DNA from: Eledone cirrhosa
Lineage: Eukaryota
Assembly: GCA_964016885.1 (NCBI GenBank)
Contig: OZ024745.1
Span: 68,076,001-68,140,000 of the forward strand
Length of the DNA stretch: 64,000 nt
Direction of reading: 5' to 3'
The notes beneath the pieces are model-generated. The model saw nothing but the letters and a program-made list of their open reading frames with translations, was not told where the DNA came from and did not search any database. Each line of letters starts with the position of its first letter. Position 1 is the stretch's first letter. A program made the position numbers and the translations under genes. This document shows positions 27,720 through 39,669 of this stretch, piece after piece.

Positions 27720-28362
27720 ACGAGAATGAGGGAAAGGAAAGCAAGGATAGGAGAACAAGGGTAGAAGGAAAGCAAGGAGTGAAGGACAGCAAGGAGAGCA
27801 AGAAAAGAAGGAGAGTAAAGAAGCAAGGCGAGAAGGAGAGCAAGGAGTGAAGGACAGCAAGGAGAGCAAGAAAAGAAGGAGAGTAAGGAAGCAAGGCGAG
27901 AAGGAGAGCAAGGAGTGAAGGAGAGTAAGGAAGCAAGGAGAGCAAGGATAGAAGGAGAGCAAGGAGAGCAAGGAGAGCAAGGAGAGCAAGGAGAGCAAGG
28001 AGAGCAAGGAGTGAAGGAGAGCAAGGAAGCAAGGAGAGCAAGGAGACGAAGGAGAGAAGGAGATCAAGGAGAGCAAGGAGAGAAGGAGGGCAAGCAGAGC
28101 AAGGAGTGAAGGAAAGCACGGAGTGAAGGATAGCAAGGAGTGAAGGAGAGCAAGGATAGCGAAGAGAGAAGGAGAGCAAGGAGCGAAGGAGAGCAAGGAG
28201 AATAAGGAGTGAAGGCGAGCAAGGAAGCAAGGAGAGCAAGGGAAAAAAAGAGAGCAAGGAGAGCAAGGAGTGAATGCGAGCAAGGAGGGAAGGAGAGCAA
28301 GGAGAGTAAGGATAGCAAGGAACGAAGGAGAGCAAGGAGAGCAAGGAGAGAAGGAGAGCAAG
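27720..28362. repeat. Purine-rich degenerate minisatellite based on GGAGAGCAA
   Basis: Strand-asymmetric 9-bp units with variants and one higher-order duplication near 27770-27920. Confidence 0.9.
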
Positions 28363-28554
28363 AAGTTTCTGTATTATATATATGTGTATAATTATGTAAT
28401 AAACAACACAATACAATTATTCCATTTACCAACGACTTCGGGCACCTCTGTTGATGTAGTCTGTCTTTCTGAAACCTTTAGTAAATTACATAATTAACTA
28501 GCTCTGTACTATACATAGAGCACTCTTCCTTTACATTTTATACGGAAATACTTC

Positions 28555-28593
<39 letters not shown>

Positions 28594-28671
28594 AAGGTTT
28601 TATTTAAAATTGTTGGGTTACAACAAGTAAATATTTTATAACTGATATAAAGCACTCGACAGTTTTTGGAG

Positions 28672-29064
28672 TATATATACGATATTAAACAAATGGAAAC
28701 TATATTTATAAAACCATATTTATTTCATTATACATATTTCAGGGATACCATATTAAAAATATGGCATGCCTTCGTCAGATAAAATACAATATATAAACAG
28801 TTTTATAAATAATTTTGACGTACCATATTATAAGCGACCATTAAATTAGGAAGCTGTCTGGGTAGTCAGACTACCCAGACAGCTTCCTAATTTAATGGTC
28901 GCTTATAATATGGTACGTCAAAATTATTTATAAAACTGTTTATATATTGTATTTTATCTGACGAAGGCATGCCATATTTTTAATATGGTATCCCTGAAAT
29001 ATGTATAATGAAATAAATATGGTTTTATAAATATAGTTTCCATTTGTTTAATATCGTATATATA
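28672..29064. mobile_element. About 390-bp near-perfect palindrome carrying two divergent hammerheads
   Basis: Centre at 28868 (GGGTAGTC-A-GACTACCC). The arms match base by base where checked. (TA)n lies at the right end and TA-rich sequence at the left. Confidence 0.88.
28950..29015 (+). ncRNA. Type-I hammerhead ribozyme (mirror copy on minus strand at 28721-28786)
   Basis: Stem I TATTTTAT/ATGAAATA; CTGACGA at 28958; stem II AGG..CCATAT-tttta-ATATGG..CCT; GAAAT-atgt-ATA. Confidence 0.8.
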
Positions 29065-29329
29065 TATATATATATATATATATTGTACTGGGTTACATGT
29101 TACCAGTACCACTCAAGAGTGACCCGACATAATTATATACATACATACTTACAGACAGGCGGACATACAGACAAAATGTTTTGAATAGCTAGTATATCAG
29201 CGAAATGTTCAAGGAAACTGTTATTATTAACAAGGCTTTAGTGTGTTCAGATCACAAACCCATAAAACACACACACACACAGACAACACATATATGTATG
29301 TTCCTCTCTCTCTCTCTCTCGCTCTCTCG

Positions 29330-29368
<39 letters not shown>

Positions 29369-29417
29369 AAATGAAGTTAAATAAAAGTCAAATGATTAAA
29401 ATTTAGCTTCGTTTATT

Positions 29418-29472
29418 ACTGCTATATATATTTCAGTGACAGCCATCTTTGGTTGTGACCTCTTCAGGCAGT
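29418..29472 (-). ncRNA. Type-I hammerhead ribozyme
   Basis: Minus strand: ACTGC-CTGAAGA-ggtcacaaccaaagatggctgtcact-GAAAT-atat-ATA-GCAGT, followed by AATAAA. It lies between two (TA)n tracts. Confidence 0.82.
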
Positions 29473-29583
29473 TTGAATTAGTATGGTATAGACAAGTACA
29501 TATGTTGTTGAGGTGTATAATATTGTCAATACTCTGATATGCCCAGTTCCTTGTTGGGTTGTTATTTCACTGAGGAACTGGAG

Positions 29584-29653
<70 letters not shown>

Positions 29654-29889
29654 AACATTGAGTTATAAACTCGAAATAGTCTTTTACAATTAAATAGCCC
29701 AAAGAAGGGAATATTTCTGAGCCGTGTAATACAAATGAATATATGAGGGATAAACACCTATAGAATTATAGAAGTGTTCGGATTGCAAATGACCAAGTTA
29801 GCTAGGTTGAAAAAAATACTAATTTAACATCTTGATCTAAAATAATAAATCAATAAAAATAACAAACCTATATTGGCAATGGCCGTGAT

Positions 29890-29960
29890 ACCTGGACAAA
29901 TTCTAAATTTGTTTCGCAACAATTAAGTGAAAGTTACTATTCCTGTGCTCTTCTGCAGGT
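29890..29960 (-). ncRNA. Type-I hammerhead with U4-to-A core change, in cassette 29652-30064
   Basis: ACCTG-CAGAAGA-GCA...TGC-GAAACAAATT-tag-AATTTGTC-CAGGT. Loop II and the tail are homologous to 45983-46323. Confidence 0.78.
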
Positions 29961-30059
29961 TATTATGTTAAATTAGTATTTTTCTACCTAGCAAACATGG
30001 TCATTTGCAATCTGAACACATGTATAATTGTATAGGTGTTCATCCGTCATATATTCATT

Positions 30060-30123
<64 letters not shown>

Positions 30124-30210
30124 CAAACCACTATCCTGATGTCGTCCAAAAGTAATGGTCGCATTTTGAAAGGGTACGTCAATGTTTATTTATAAAACTG
30201 GTATATATTG

Positions 30211-30275
30211 TATTTTGTCTGATGAAGGCATACCATAATTTAACTTGGTATCCTTGAAATATGTATAAGGAAATA
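30211..30275 (+). ncRNA. Hammerhead, diverged paralog of 28950-29015
   Basis: CTGATGA at 30219; AGG..ACCA/TGGT..CCT; GAAAT at 30256; ATA; stem I TATTTTGT/AGGAAATA. The cassette 30120-30318 lies between (TA)n tracts. Confidence 0.75.
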
Positions 30276-30353
30276 AATATGGTTTTATAAATATAGTTTC
30301 CATTTGTTAATATCGTATATAAATATATATATATATATATATAAATATATATA

Positions 30354-30404
<51 letters not shown>

Positions 30405-30862
30405 AGGGACCCGTATCTTAACAGCTACTCTTCCTCCCCATTTTTGTTTGCCTATATTTGACCGGTAGTAGCTGTTAAGATACGGGTCCCTTAGAATAAA
30501 TTTTTTTCGCGACATTCCTGGCTTGACTGTAGTTTGACATTAATACCGACATTTCTTCCTCTTTCTTTCTGTCTTTCTCCTTGTAGCTGGACATTAACCC
30601 TGACTTTTCTTCTTCTTCCTTTTCTTCCTTCCCCCTTCTTCTCTCTTCTTTCTTTTTTCTTGTGGCACGATATTAACGCTGACTTATGTTCCTCTCCCTT
30701 TCTGTTTTCCTCTATTTGACCGGTAGTAGCACACTATAAGCTTTAGCCACGTCACTTGAGGGCGACCGGCAAAAGTGGAAGATGCTGGATGGCGGTCGTC
30801 CTCCGGTCTTTGATTTTCAGCCCCATGGATTTTATCTATTGCATTCACTTATTATATTTCGA

Positions 30863-30920
30863 ATACCTGATGATATCACCGGATTCATACGGAACCCGGT
30901 CATTGAAATGATCATAGTAT
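30863..30920 (+). ncRNA. Type-I hammerhead ribozyme in cassette 30403-31088
   Basis: ATAC-CTGATGA-tatcACCGG...CCGGTcatt-GAAAT-gatc-ATA-GTAT, then AATAAA. The tail has TTGAGTACTC. A 27-bp inverted repeat lies at 30403-30429 and 30466-30492. Confidence 0.78.
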
Positions 30921-31086
30921 AATAAACCTTTCAAGGATTTACACAAGTCCAGCCTCCTGTCATTTCATTATAATATTTAACTCCGTACTAGCACCACCAA
31001 CTACAAAAACAAAGACGGTTGAACTGCTTTACGTTGAGTACTCTCCATACGGAATTGACCAGCTCTATCCAGTGGTGAACCTCAAA

Positions 31087-31141
<55 letters not shown>

Positions 31142-31387
31142 GCTACTTATATATATATAGGTGTGTGTATGTGTGTATGTGAATGCGTGATTGTGTGTGT
31201 GCTTGTATATGTGTATATAAATATTATGTGTTGATGTGTTGGTATGTAAGTTCATGTCGCTATGACAGAAGAAAGCGTCAAACATGTATATGTAAAAAAA
31301 CTTAATATTGTTACTACAAAGACGATTATTAATTGAGCAATATTTTCTGACATGTAGGAAGTCCTTGCTTTAATATACTACGTCTGA

Positions 31388-31971
31388 TAATTGTTTCTAC
31401 TTTAGGCACAAGGCCAGCAATTACCCAGTGCATTACTGGTACTTTATTTTATCGACCCCGTAAGGATGAAAGGCAAAGTCAACCTTGGCAGGATTTGAAC
31501 TCAGATCGTAAAGGGACGTAACTATGCTGGAAAGCATGGCGTCCGACCCACTACCGACACTGCCAATCCACAATACTACTACTGATAATTGTTTCTACTT
31601 TAGGCACAAGGCCAGCAATTAACCAGTGCATTACTGGTACTTTATTTTATCGACCCCCGTAAGGATGAAAGGCAAAGTCAACCTCGGCAGGATTTGAACT
31701 CAGATCGTAAAGGGACGTAACTATGCTGGAAAGCATGGCGTCCGACCCTCTACCGACACTGCCAATCCACAGTACTACTACTAATAATTGTTTCTACTTT
31801 AGGCACAAGGCCAGCAATTACCCAGTGCATTACTGGTACTTTATTTTATCGACCTCGTAAGGATGAAAGGCAAAGTCAACCTCGGCGGGATTTGAACTCA
31901 GATCGTAAAGGGACGTAACTATGCTGTAAAGCATGACGTCCGACCCTCTACCGATACTGCCAATCTACCAC
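31388..31971 (-). mobile_element. Three head-to-tail family-1 SINEs
   Basis: Units of about 198 bp start near 31388, 31585 and 31785, joined by TACTACTACT-type linkers. Confidence 0.9.
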
Positions 31972-32885
31972 CTTTATTATACTACTACTAATAATAATAG
32001 ATGATATAGCCACGCAATAGAACTATTATCCACTTTATGAAGACATACATTGTAGTTAGTAATTCCAAGTGTACATGTGTGTCTAATTGTCTTCAAAAGG
32101 TGTTTAAATTTAAAGAAAAGACGTTTATAATGAAATTAAAGTTTCCGATTCACTAACCATGAAATATTAATAAATAAATATATCAAAATATTCTATTGAA
32201 AATTATAGAAATTATTGAGAATTCCTCTGAAATGTTCCTTTTAACCATCACATGATCCATTATTCTACATGTAATGTTCCAATATGAATACAATGACTTA
32301 ATATACAGTAATCAGGAGTAATTTGATCAGGAAAATGCTTTGAATATTAGAATTGAAATATATTTTGTCATTATATCCATTATAATGACAAAATATATTG
32401 TGGTTGCTTTGGATAACAATATATTTTGTAAAAGGTTAAAATATATGCTATAAAATATATGACGTAAAATATATGATATAAAATATATGATATAAAATAT
32501 ATGATATAAAATATATACTATTACATAAGATTTTTTGGTGAATGGAATAAAGTTTTGACAATTCATTGAAACGAATTCTTCACTATTCTTTGGCATGGAC
32601 ACACGATTTCAGGGCTTTAATCTCATTGCAAATATATTCTCAGACACACAGCACACACATACTGTCAAAAACACCAAACTATCTAAACACCACAAGTAGA
32701 AGCACAATACATATACACACCCCCTACACATACATCATACAACCTATACCACAGAAATATTATAATCGTACTCGATACAACATCAACCCCACAGCACACC
32801 ACAGAAGGCGCCACCACCCACACATGCATTTGCGCCACCACCCACACCAGAATTTGCGAGGGCATTACCATCTGTACTTTGTGCC

Positions 32886-32990
32886 CAAAAATAATATAAA
32901 AAATAATATAAAAAATAATATAAAAAATAATATAAAAAATAATATAAAATATAATATAATAAATAATATAAAAAATAATATAAAAAATAA
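32886..32990. repeat. 12-bp tandem repeat AAAAATAATATA
   Basis: About 8-9 copies, directly visible. Confidence 0.9.
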
Positions 32991-35180
32991 ACCAGCAAGA
33001 AGAAATGCTGCAAAATTCCGATTAATTGGATGAGAAATAAGCGAGATGATATTCTCAGGTATTGTTTTTATATGGTTGGCTATCATCTTGCATGATGTAC
33101 AGGAACCGAATGTTTTCATTATCATTAATATATTAAAAAAACAACGGGAATAATTTGGTGATCAAATGACACTCAATCGAGCAAACACTGTTGTTTTTGA
33201 TACTTTTTCTAACGTATTTGACTCCTTCAAAGCTGATATTCTCTCATTACCACGGTATTTAAGTTTTAATACCCTGGACCACATGAAATACTGTAAACAA
33301 TACATTTTTGTAAAGTACTAAACAGAACTATGGCAGTATCACTTTACAAATTAGACTTAAATATTGAACATGTTCACAACAATCTGTTCATTAGTAAAGA
33401 TACTCTAAATATTTGAATAAACGCATTTTTAGATATTTTCTACTAAATCATGTCTAGGTATTTAATATTAAAGCAAGACCCCCATCTGCATGATCGATCT
33501 ATTGCACTTCTCTCTGCACTTATCCATTGGTTTCTATGTGTTTGAGGTCCTTCTAGAAAGTTCGATGTCTTGTCTTTTCCCTCACAAGGCCAGCCGAGGC
33601 TATAGTAGACGATACTTATGTTAGATGCTGCGCAGCGAGCCTGAAACTAAAACTACATGATTGGGAAGTGAACTTCTTAACCACACTGCTATGCCTGCAC
33701 CTTTATATAATGGGTGTGGTATGGTCCCGTAACTACTGATGGAGTCGTAGGTGCGACGTATTGAGATACGGCATTTCTTGGGCATTTTAAGCCTGGCGGA
33801 GGCCATCCCTATCCAGGTTTGAGTATAGCAGATTTTTCCAAGAGAGAGAATAGAAAGTGAGAGAGAGGAAATGAGAAAGAGATATAGAGGAAGAATAGAA
33901 ATACCAGTACAAGACTGGTAGTTTTCTATCGACCTCGAAAGGATGAAAAGCAAAGTTGACCTTGGCGGGATTTGAACTCAGAGAGGCGAGAGCCGGACCG
34001 AATCATAAAGCATTCTATCCGACGCTCTAACGACTCAAAGTATTAAATCAAATAAATTAAATAAAACGAAGTAAAATAAATCAAAATATCAGAAACTTTT
34101 ACAAAAATATAACAAAATGAATACAAACAAATGAAATAAAATAAAATATATAATTCAATAAATAATTCAAATAAAATAAAATACGCGCTATCACCTTTAG
34201 CGACTATATACATACACAAATATATACACATACATAAATACGTACATGCACATACATACATCTACATACACACAAATACATACATACACAAATATATACA
34301 CATACATACATACACAAATATATACACATACATACATACGTACATGTACATACATCTACATACACACAAATACATTCATACACAAATATATACACATACA
34401 TACATACATCCACATATACATCTACACGCAAATACATACACAAATATATACACATACATACATACGTACATAAATACACACACACACATACACACACATA
34501 TAGAATGTGTGTTTGTATGTGTGTGTGTGTGTATGTGTGTGCATAACTAAGAGTCTGGACACACATTCATATGCACACACAAATACACACACAAATATAT
34601 ACATATATAAATACACAATGCATACATACACACGCACAGGGAAATATTATTTCATATAGAGGCACATAGAGAATAGGAAATGCACACACATACGCATTTA
34701 ATAGTAAACGCGTTTGCACATGATTAAATACGAAAATAGAGACATACATAAAACACAAGCAATATTTTTTTATTTATTCAATGAAATAAAAAAATAATAT
34801 AAAAATGAAATATAGTAAAATAAAGAAAATATTCAATTTTATCTGAGAAATGTAAATCTTGGTATTTATCTAAGATGAGTAAATATTCTAATAACCTGAC
34901 GCCTTCATCTTCGTAATAACATCATGCCTTCATCTTTTCTTCGTATTTCGTCTGAAAATTTTAAATTTCCCGTGTATTTTGTTTGTCTCTGGAAGTGAAC
35001 AGAATATGAAAGAGATTATGAAACCTCCGTTAACCCTTTCGACACTACATCTCTAATATAATAGACTGCTTATGGTTTTCATGTCATTTTTTTTATAATA
35101 ATTAAAAATCTAGAGGAATTAAAAAATATAATTAATTTTGTGATTTTTCAATTCGGAGTAACTGAAAAAAAAAAAAAAAA

Positions 35181-35450
35181 ATCGCCGGACAGATTTTACT
35201 GGCAAAAGTAACTGGCGGGAAACCCAAGGGTAGACAACGAGCAAGATGGTTGGATAACTACTATGATCACGCCCGGTCTCGCTTAGGGATCCAGCCGGAT
35301 CTATTGGAGACAGTTGCTTCTGACAGAACCCAGTAGATGGAGTGTTTGAGGACTCTGCCCCAACGACCTTCTCAGAACTAAGTAAACGAAGAAGACGAAG
35401 AAGAAGTCAAAGAAGAAGTCAAAGAAGAAGAAGAAGAAGAAGAAGAAGAT
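35181..35450 (+). mobile_element. RTE-like LINE 3' fragment with (GAA)n tail
   Basis: QILLAKVTGGKPKGRQRARWLDN resembles the RTE C-terminal GxRxRGRPxxRWxD motif. Confidence 0.6.
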
Positions 35451-35779
35451 CAACAACAACAACAACAACAACAACAACGACAACAACTAATTTTCTCATT
35501 ATCAAGCTGGTGCGTAAAACATGACTTAAGAAAATCCTCTTCTATGAAATCATGGTGGAGGGTTTAAATTTAAATAGAACAGTTTTTTAAAAGATGATTT
35601 ATCATCATAGAGCCTAAGGCGGTTCCAGACGGGTTTGAAACAAGTGTTAAACTGGTGGGAAACTGCTATTGTTGCTGCTAATGTTTTGCCAAGAATTCAG
35701 TTGAACAGTAAATTTTCTCTAGACAGGTCCTTCAACTTTCGCTAGACAGGTCCTTCAACTATATAATTTGAAAAGAACC

Positions 35780-36014
35780 GAAAATGTCGAACAGTAAGTG
35801 AACAGAAAACATGAATAAAATTATATTTTAAAATCAAACATTAGGAATTATCATCAGGACAGCCTTGCTAGGAACAGCAATGGTTTTAAGGAGTGTGTTA
35901 GAAGGAATAACCCAAAGTATGTTTGGCCATTGGCTATGGCTCGCTCTTTTGGTATTGTGTCGGTATAACATCTGCCAGAGTAAAAGCGTTATGAATGATA
36001 ATAATAATAATAAT
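35780..36014 (+). mobile_element. R4/Dong-like LINE extreme 3' end with (TAA)n
   Basis: IIRTALLGTAMVLRSVLE resembles the QKxALLGTARILRxVL terminus. A short UTR and a TAA repeat follow. Confidence 0.55.
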
Positions 36015-36015
36015 G

Positions 36016-36908
36016 ATTTCGACTCTAGGAACAAGGCCAGCAATTTGGGGAGAGGGGAAAGTCAATTAAATCGACCTTAGTGCATTACTGGTACTTTTTT
36101 TTTTTTTTTTATCAATCTCGTAATAATTGTTTCTACCATTGACACAAGGCCAGCAATTACCCAGTACATTACTGGTACTTTATTTTATCGACCCCGTAAG
36201 GATGACAGGCAAAGTTAACCTCAGTGGGATTTGAACTCAGATCGTAAAGGACCGTAACTCCATGCTACAAAGCATGGCGGCCGACCCTCTAACGATACTG
36301 CCAAACGATACTGCCAAACGATACTGCCCTAGAGTTTCTACTTTTGGCACAAGGCCAGCGATTACCCCAGCGCACCACTGGTACTTTATTTTATCGACCT
36401 TGTAAGGATGAAAGGCAAAGTTAACCTCAGCGGGATTTGAACTCAGATCGTAAAGGCCCGTAACTCCATGCTACAAAGCATGGCGGCCGACCCTCTAACG
36501 ATACTGCCAAACGATACTGCCCTAGAGTTTCTACTTTTGGCAAAAGGCCAGCGATTACACCAGTGCACCACTGGTACTTTATTTTATCGACCTCGTAAAG
36601 ATGAAAGGCAAAGTTAACCTCGGCGGATTTGAACCCATAACACAAAGGGCCATAACCATGCTGCAAAACATGGTGTCTGACGTTTTACCGATACTGCCAA
36701 ACCACTGCCAATTCATAATAATTGTTTCTACTATTGGCACAAGGCCAGAAATTACCCAGTACATTACTGGTACTTTATTTTATCGACCCCGTAAGGATGA
36801 AAGCAAAGTTAACCTCGGCGGGATTTGAACTCAGAATAGCAAGGGCCGTAACTCTATGCATCAAAGCATGGCGTCCGACCCTCTACCGATACTGCCAATC
36901 CACCGCCA
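36016..36908 (-). mobile_element. Cluster of about five family-1 SINE copies or fragments
   Basis: Repeated cacaaggccagc...tactggtactttattttatcgacc...gatactgcc blocks. Confidence 0.88.
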
Positions 36909-37615
36909 ATTCATAACAATAATAATAGATTAGAATTCATAGGTATAACTACATTCGACTTCCAAATAATTCAAATTTACAAATGCTGGTTTTTGTTGTA
37001 AAGTGAAAAGTGAGGAAGGGGATTAGCCGAAATATATGAAGCCTCCTTCATTAATCACATGACATACATGACCATATTTTACGAATATTATTGATGACAC
37101 CATAATTGATATCTTAAAATCTCAGCAATTCCATCGAATTACAAGCATGTTATTATTGTTGTTGCTGTTGTTGTTATCGCTGTTGTTACTGTTGTTGTTG
37201 TTGCTATCATTGTTGGTGTTCTTGTCGTTGTTGTTGTGGTGGTGGTGGTGATGGTTGCTGATTTTGTTGCCAATTTTGTCGTTGTTATTGTTGTTGTTGT
37301 TGTTATTATTATTGTTCTGGTTGTTTTGTCATCGTTATTGTTGTTGTTAATGTCATCATCGTTATTGTTATTGTCGTTAGAGGCAAGATAGATTTTTAAT
37401 TGTATTTACGTCGGTACCACACTGATTTGCAAGCAGCATCTTCAATCCCTCAGCGCTTTTAATAACAAAACCCAATAATTGAATGTAGAACAAAATTATA
37501 CGGAACACCACACAGTGTGATACCAGACAGTTCAGTATGAGGAATCATATTTAATGTTTATAACATATTAATATGCTGAAAAACATATTTAGTCCCGCTG
37601 TAAAGTAATAATAAT

Positions 37616-37800
37616 TGTTTCTAATTTTGGCACAAGGCCAACAATTAGCCAGTGTATAACTGGTACTTTATTTTATCGACCCCGTAAGGATGAAAGGCAA
37701 AGTTAACCTCGGCGGGATTTGAACTCAGACCGTAAAGGGACGTAACTCTATGCTTCAAAGCATGGTGTCCGACTCTCTACCGATACTGCCAATCCACCGT
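37616..37800 (-). mobile_element. Family-1 SINE with target-site duplication
   Basis: CTGTAAAGTAATAATAAT duplicated at 37598-37615 and 37801-37818. Confidence 0.9.
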
Positions 37801-38408
37801 CTGTAAAGTAATAATAATGACGGCGCGAGGTTTAGTGGTTAGAGAATTGGACTCGCAATCGTGAGGTTGTGAGTTCGACTCCCGGACCGGTGATGTGTTA
37901 TGTCCCTTGAGCCAGACGCTAAGTTGTTAGTTTCACAATCAAAAGGGTCCGGGTTCGATACCAGAGCATGACATCCTGAACAAGTGTTATTTACCATAGC
38001 CACCTTGTGGCTAGACACTAGGTATCCAACTGTATAACGTGTTTGCCAATACGCTGCCTCTAACTGTATAAATGCAAGTAAAGTCACACATGCTGAATAT
38101 GGTGCGTGAGAACAAGCTTCCATTAGCTAAGACTATTCTGAAAATTTCAAAACTAAAACATCTTTCACGTTTCCTTATATCTAGATCTAGTCACTCTCAG
38201 TCATGTCAACTCTCTAAGTTGCTTTGCCAACGAAATATGTTACGTTGGCTGACATCTAGATCAAGCCATTCTCAGTGCTAACTAATTGTATTGTGTGGAA
38301 AATTAGCTGTATTATTTCATATGAGATATATCAAATATTATATATATATATATATATAAGAGACGTAAGATAAGAAAATTATAAAATTAACTTACTTACT
38401 AAAATATC

Positions 38409-38490
38409 ACTTCCAACTAATTAGTTTCTGGAATGGAGTAGATACATCTTCCGAAGAAGGTGTGGAGAAACATCCCGTCATCAGGAAAGT
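38409..38490 (-). ncRNA. Type-I hammerhead ribozyme in cassette 38358-39018
   Basis: ACTTTC-CTGATGA-(long stem II)-GAAAC-taatta-GTT-GGAAGT, with a palindromic stem III (AACTAATTAGTT). Confidence 0.72.
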
Positions 38491-39011
38491 CTATTCTCAT
38501 ATAAGTTTCCAGGCAAAGCGAGGACTCTGGAAGCTTATTAAAAAATAAATCAGTGAATAGGAAATAGCAAAGCGTGGACTTACTTACTAGCCATTGAGAA
38601 AATCACTGCCTCTGTGTCTGTGGCAAATTCAAAAAGAATCGAACACGTGACATCGAGGTCAATCGGTGGAAAGTGGGTTGTTAATAAGACAGCGGCCAGC
38701 CTACTACCGTAGCAGCAGTCATGGCCAGTATTGCTCGACAAATATTTTGGAGATAATAATAAAGAATTTATATCTAGTAACATATATATATACATACAAA
38801 TGCATATCGATGCTAGCAAATATATAGGTTTTGTCTTAATAACATATTTTAGTAAGTAAGTTAATTTTATAATTTTCTCATCTTACGTCTCTTATATTAT
38901 TGTTCTGCAACCCCATGCATTGAACCACAATGTTATTAAGACAAAACCTATATATTTGCTAGCATCGATATGCATTTGTATGTATATATATGTTACTAGA
39001 TATAAATTCTT

Positions 39012-39062
<51 letters not shown>

Positions 39063-39066
<4 letters not shown>

Positions 39067-39229
39067 AACGAGTAGGACCCCGACGGCTGAGCTCAAGCCG
39101 TTTCGACCCCGAAACGGCTTGAGCTCAGCCGTCGGGGTCCTACTCGTTCCTATTACCCACTCTACTACCCTAAGTATTGAGTACTTTGGTGCGTTATGGT
39201 CCACCTGGTTCCTTACCACATTTCCTTCG

Positions 39230-39231
<2 letters not shown>
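39063..39231 (+). mobile_element. Family A fold-back cassette between (TA)n tracts
   Basis: Perfect arms of about 45 bp around 39106-39109. The right arm reads CGAAAC-GGCttgagctcaGCC-GTC, and the tail contains TATTGAGTACTT. Confidence 0.78.
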
Positions 39232-39293
<62 letters not shown>

Positions 39294-39345
39294 CAAATAA
39301 ACGAGAAAGTTTCGTTTATATATGAAAAATATTTATTGCGTATCG

Positions 39346-39437
39346 ACCTGTTACGCGGGTTTCGCAGATGATTGACTCAAGGTGACCCATAGGGGTTATG
39401 GAGCCGACTCCAGTATCGATCTGCTCCTCAGACTGGT
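39346..39437 (-). ncRNA. Type-I hammerhead with extended stem II
   Basis: ACCAGT-CTGAGGA-GCAGAT...ATCTGC-GAAAC-ccgc-GTA-ACAGGT, then AATAAA. A paralog lies at 46671-46762. Confidence 0.78.
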
Positions 39438-39467
39438 GATGCGACAAAGATATATGTTTGTTGTGGT

Positions 39468-39523
39468 TTGTCGAACCTCTATGTTACGAAATATAAATAA
39501 ACATACACACGTACACATGCGTA

Positions 39524-39593
<70 letters not shown>

Positions 39594-39669
39594 TATATAT
39601 ATATATAAAGCTGTACGCATGTGTACGTGTGTATGTTTATTTATATCTCGTAACATAGAGGTTCGACAA
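39468..39669. repeat. 58-bp inverted repeat enclosing a (TA)n tract
   Basis: 39468-39525 is the near-exact reverse complement of 39612-39669. Confidence 0.85.

Noticed and set aside
27915-28497. Collagen-like GEQ-repeat ORFs
   Set aside because: A by-product of the 9-bp GGAGAGCAA repeat; the frames are short and broken.
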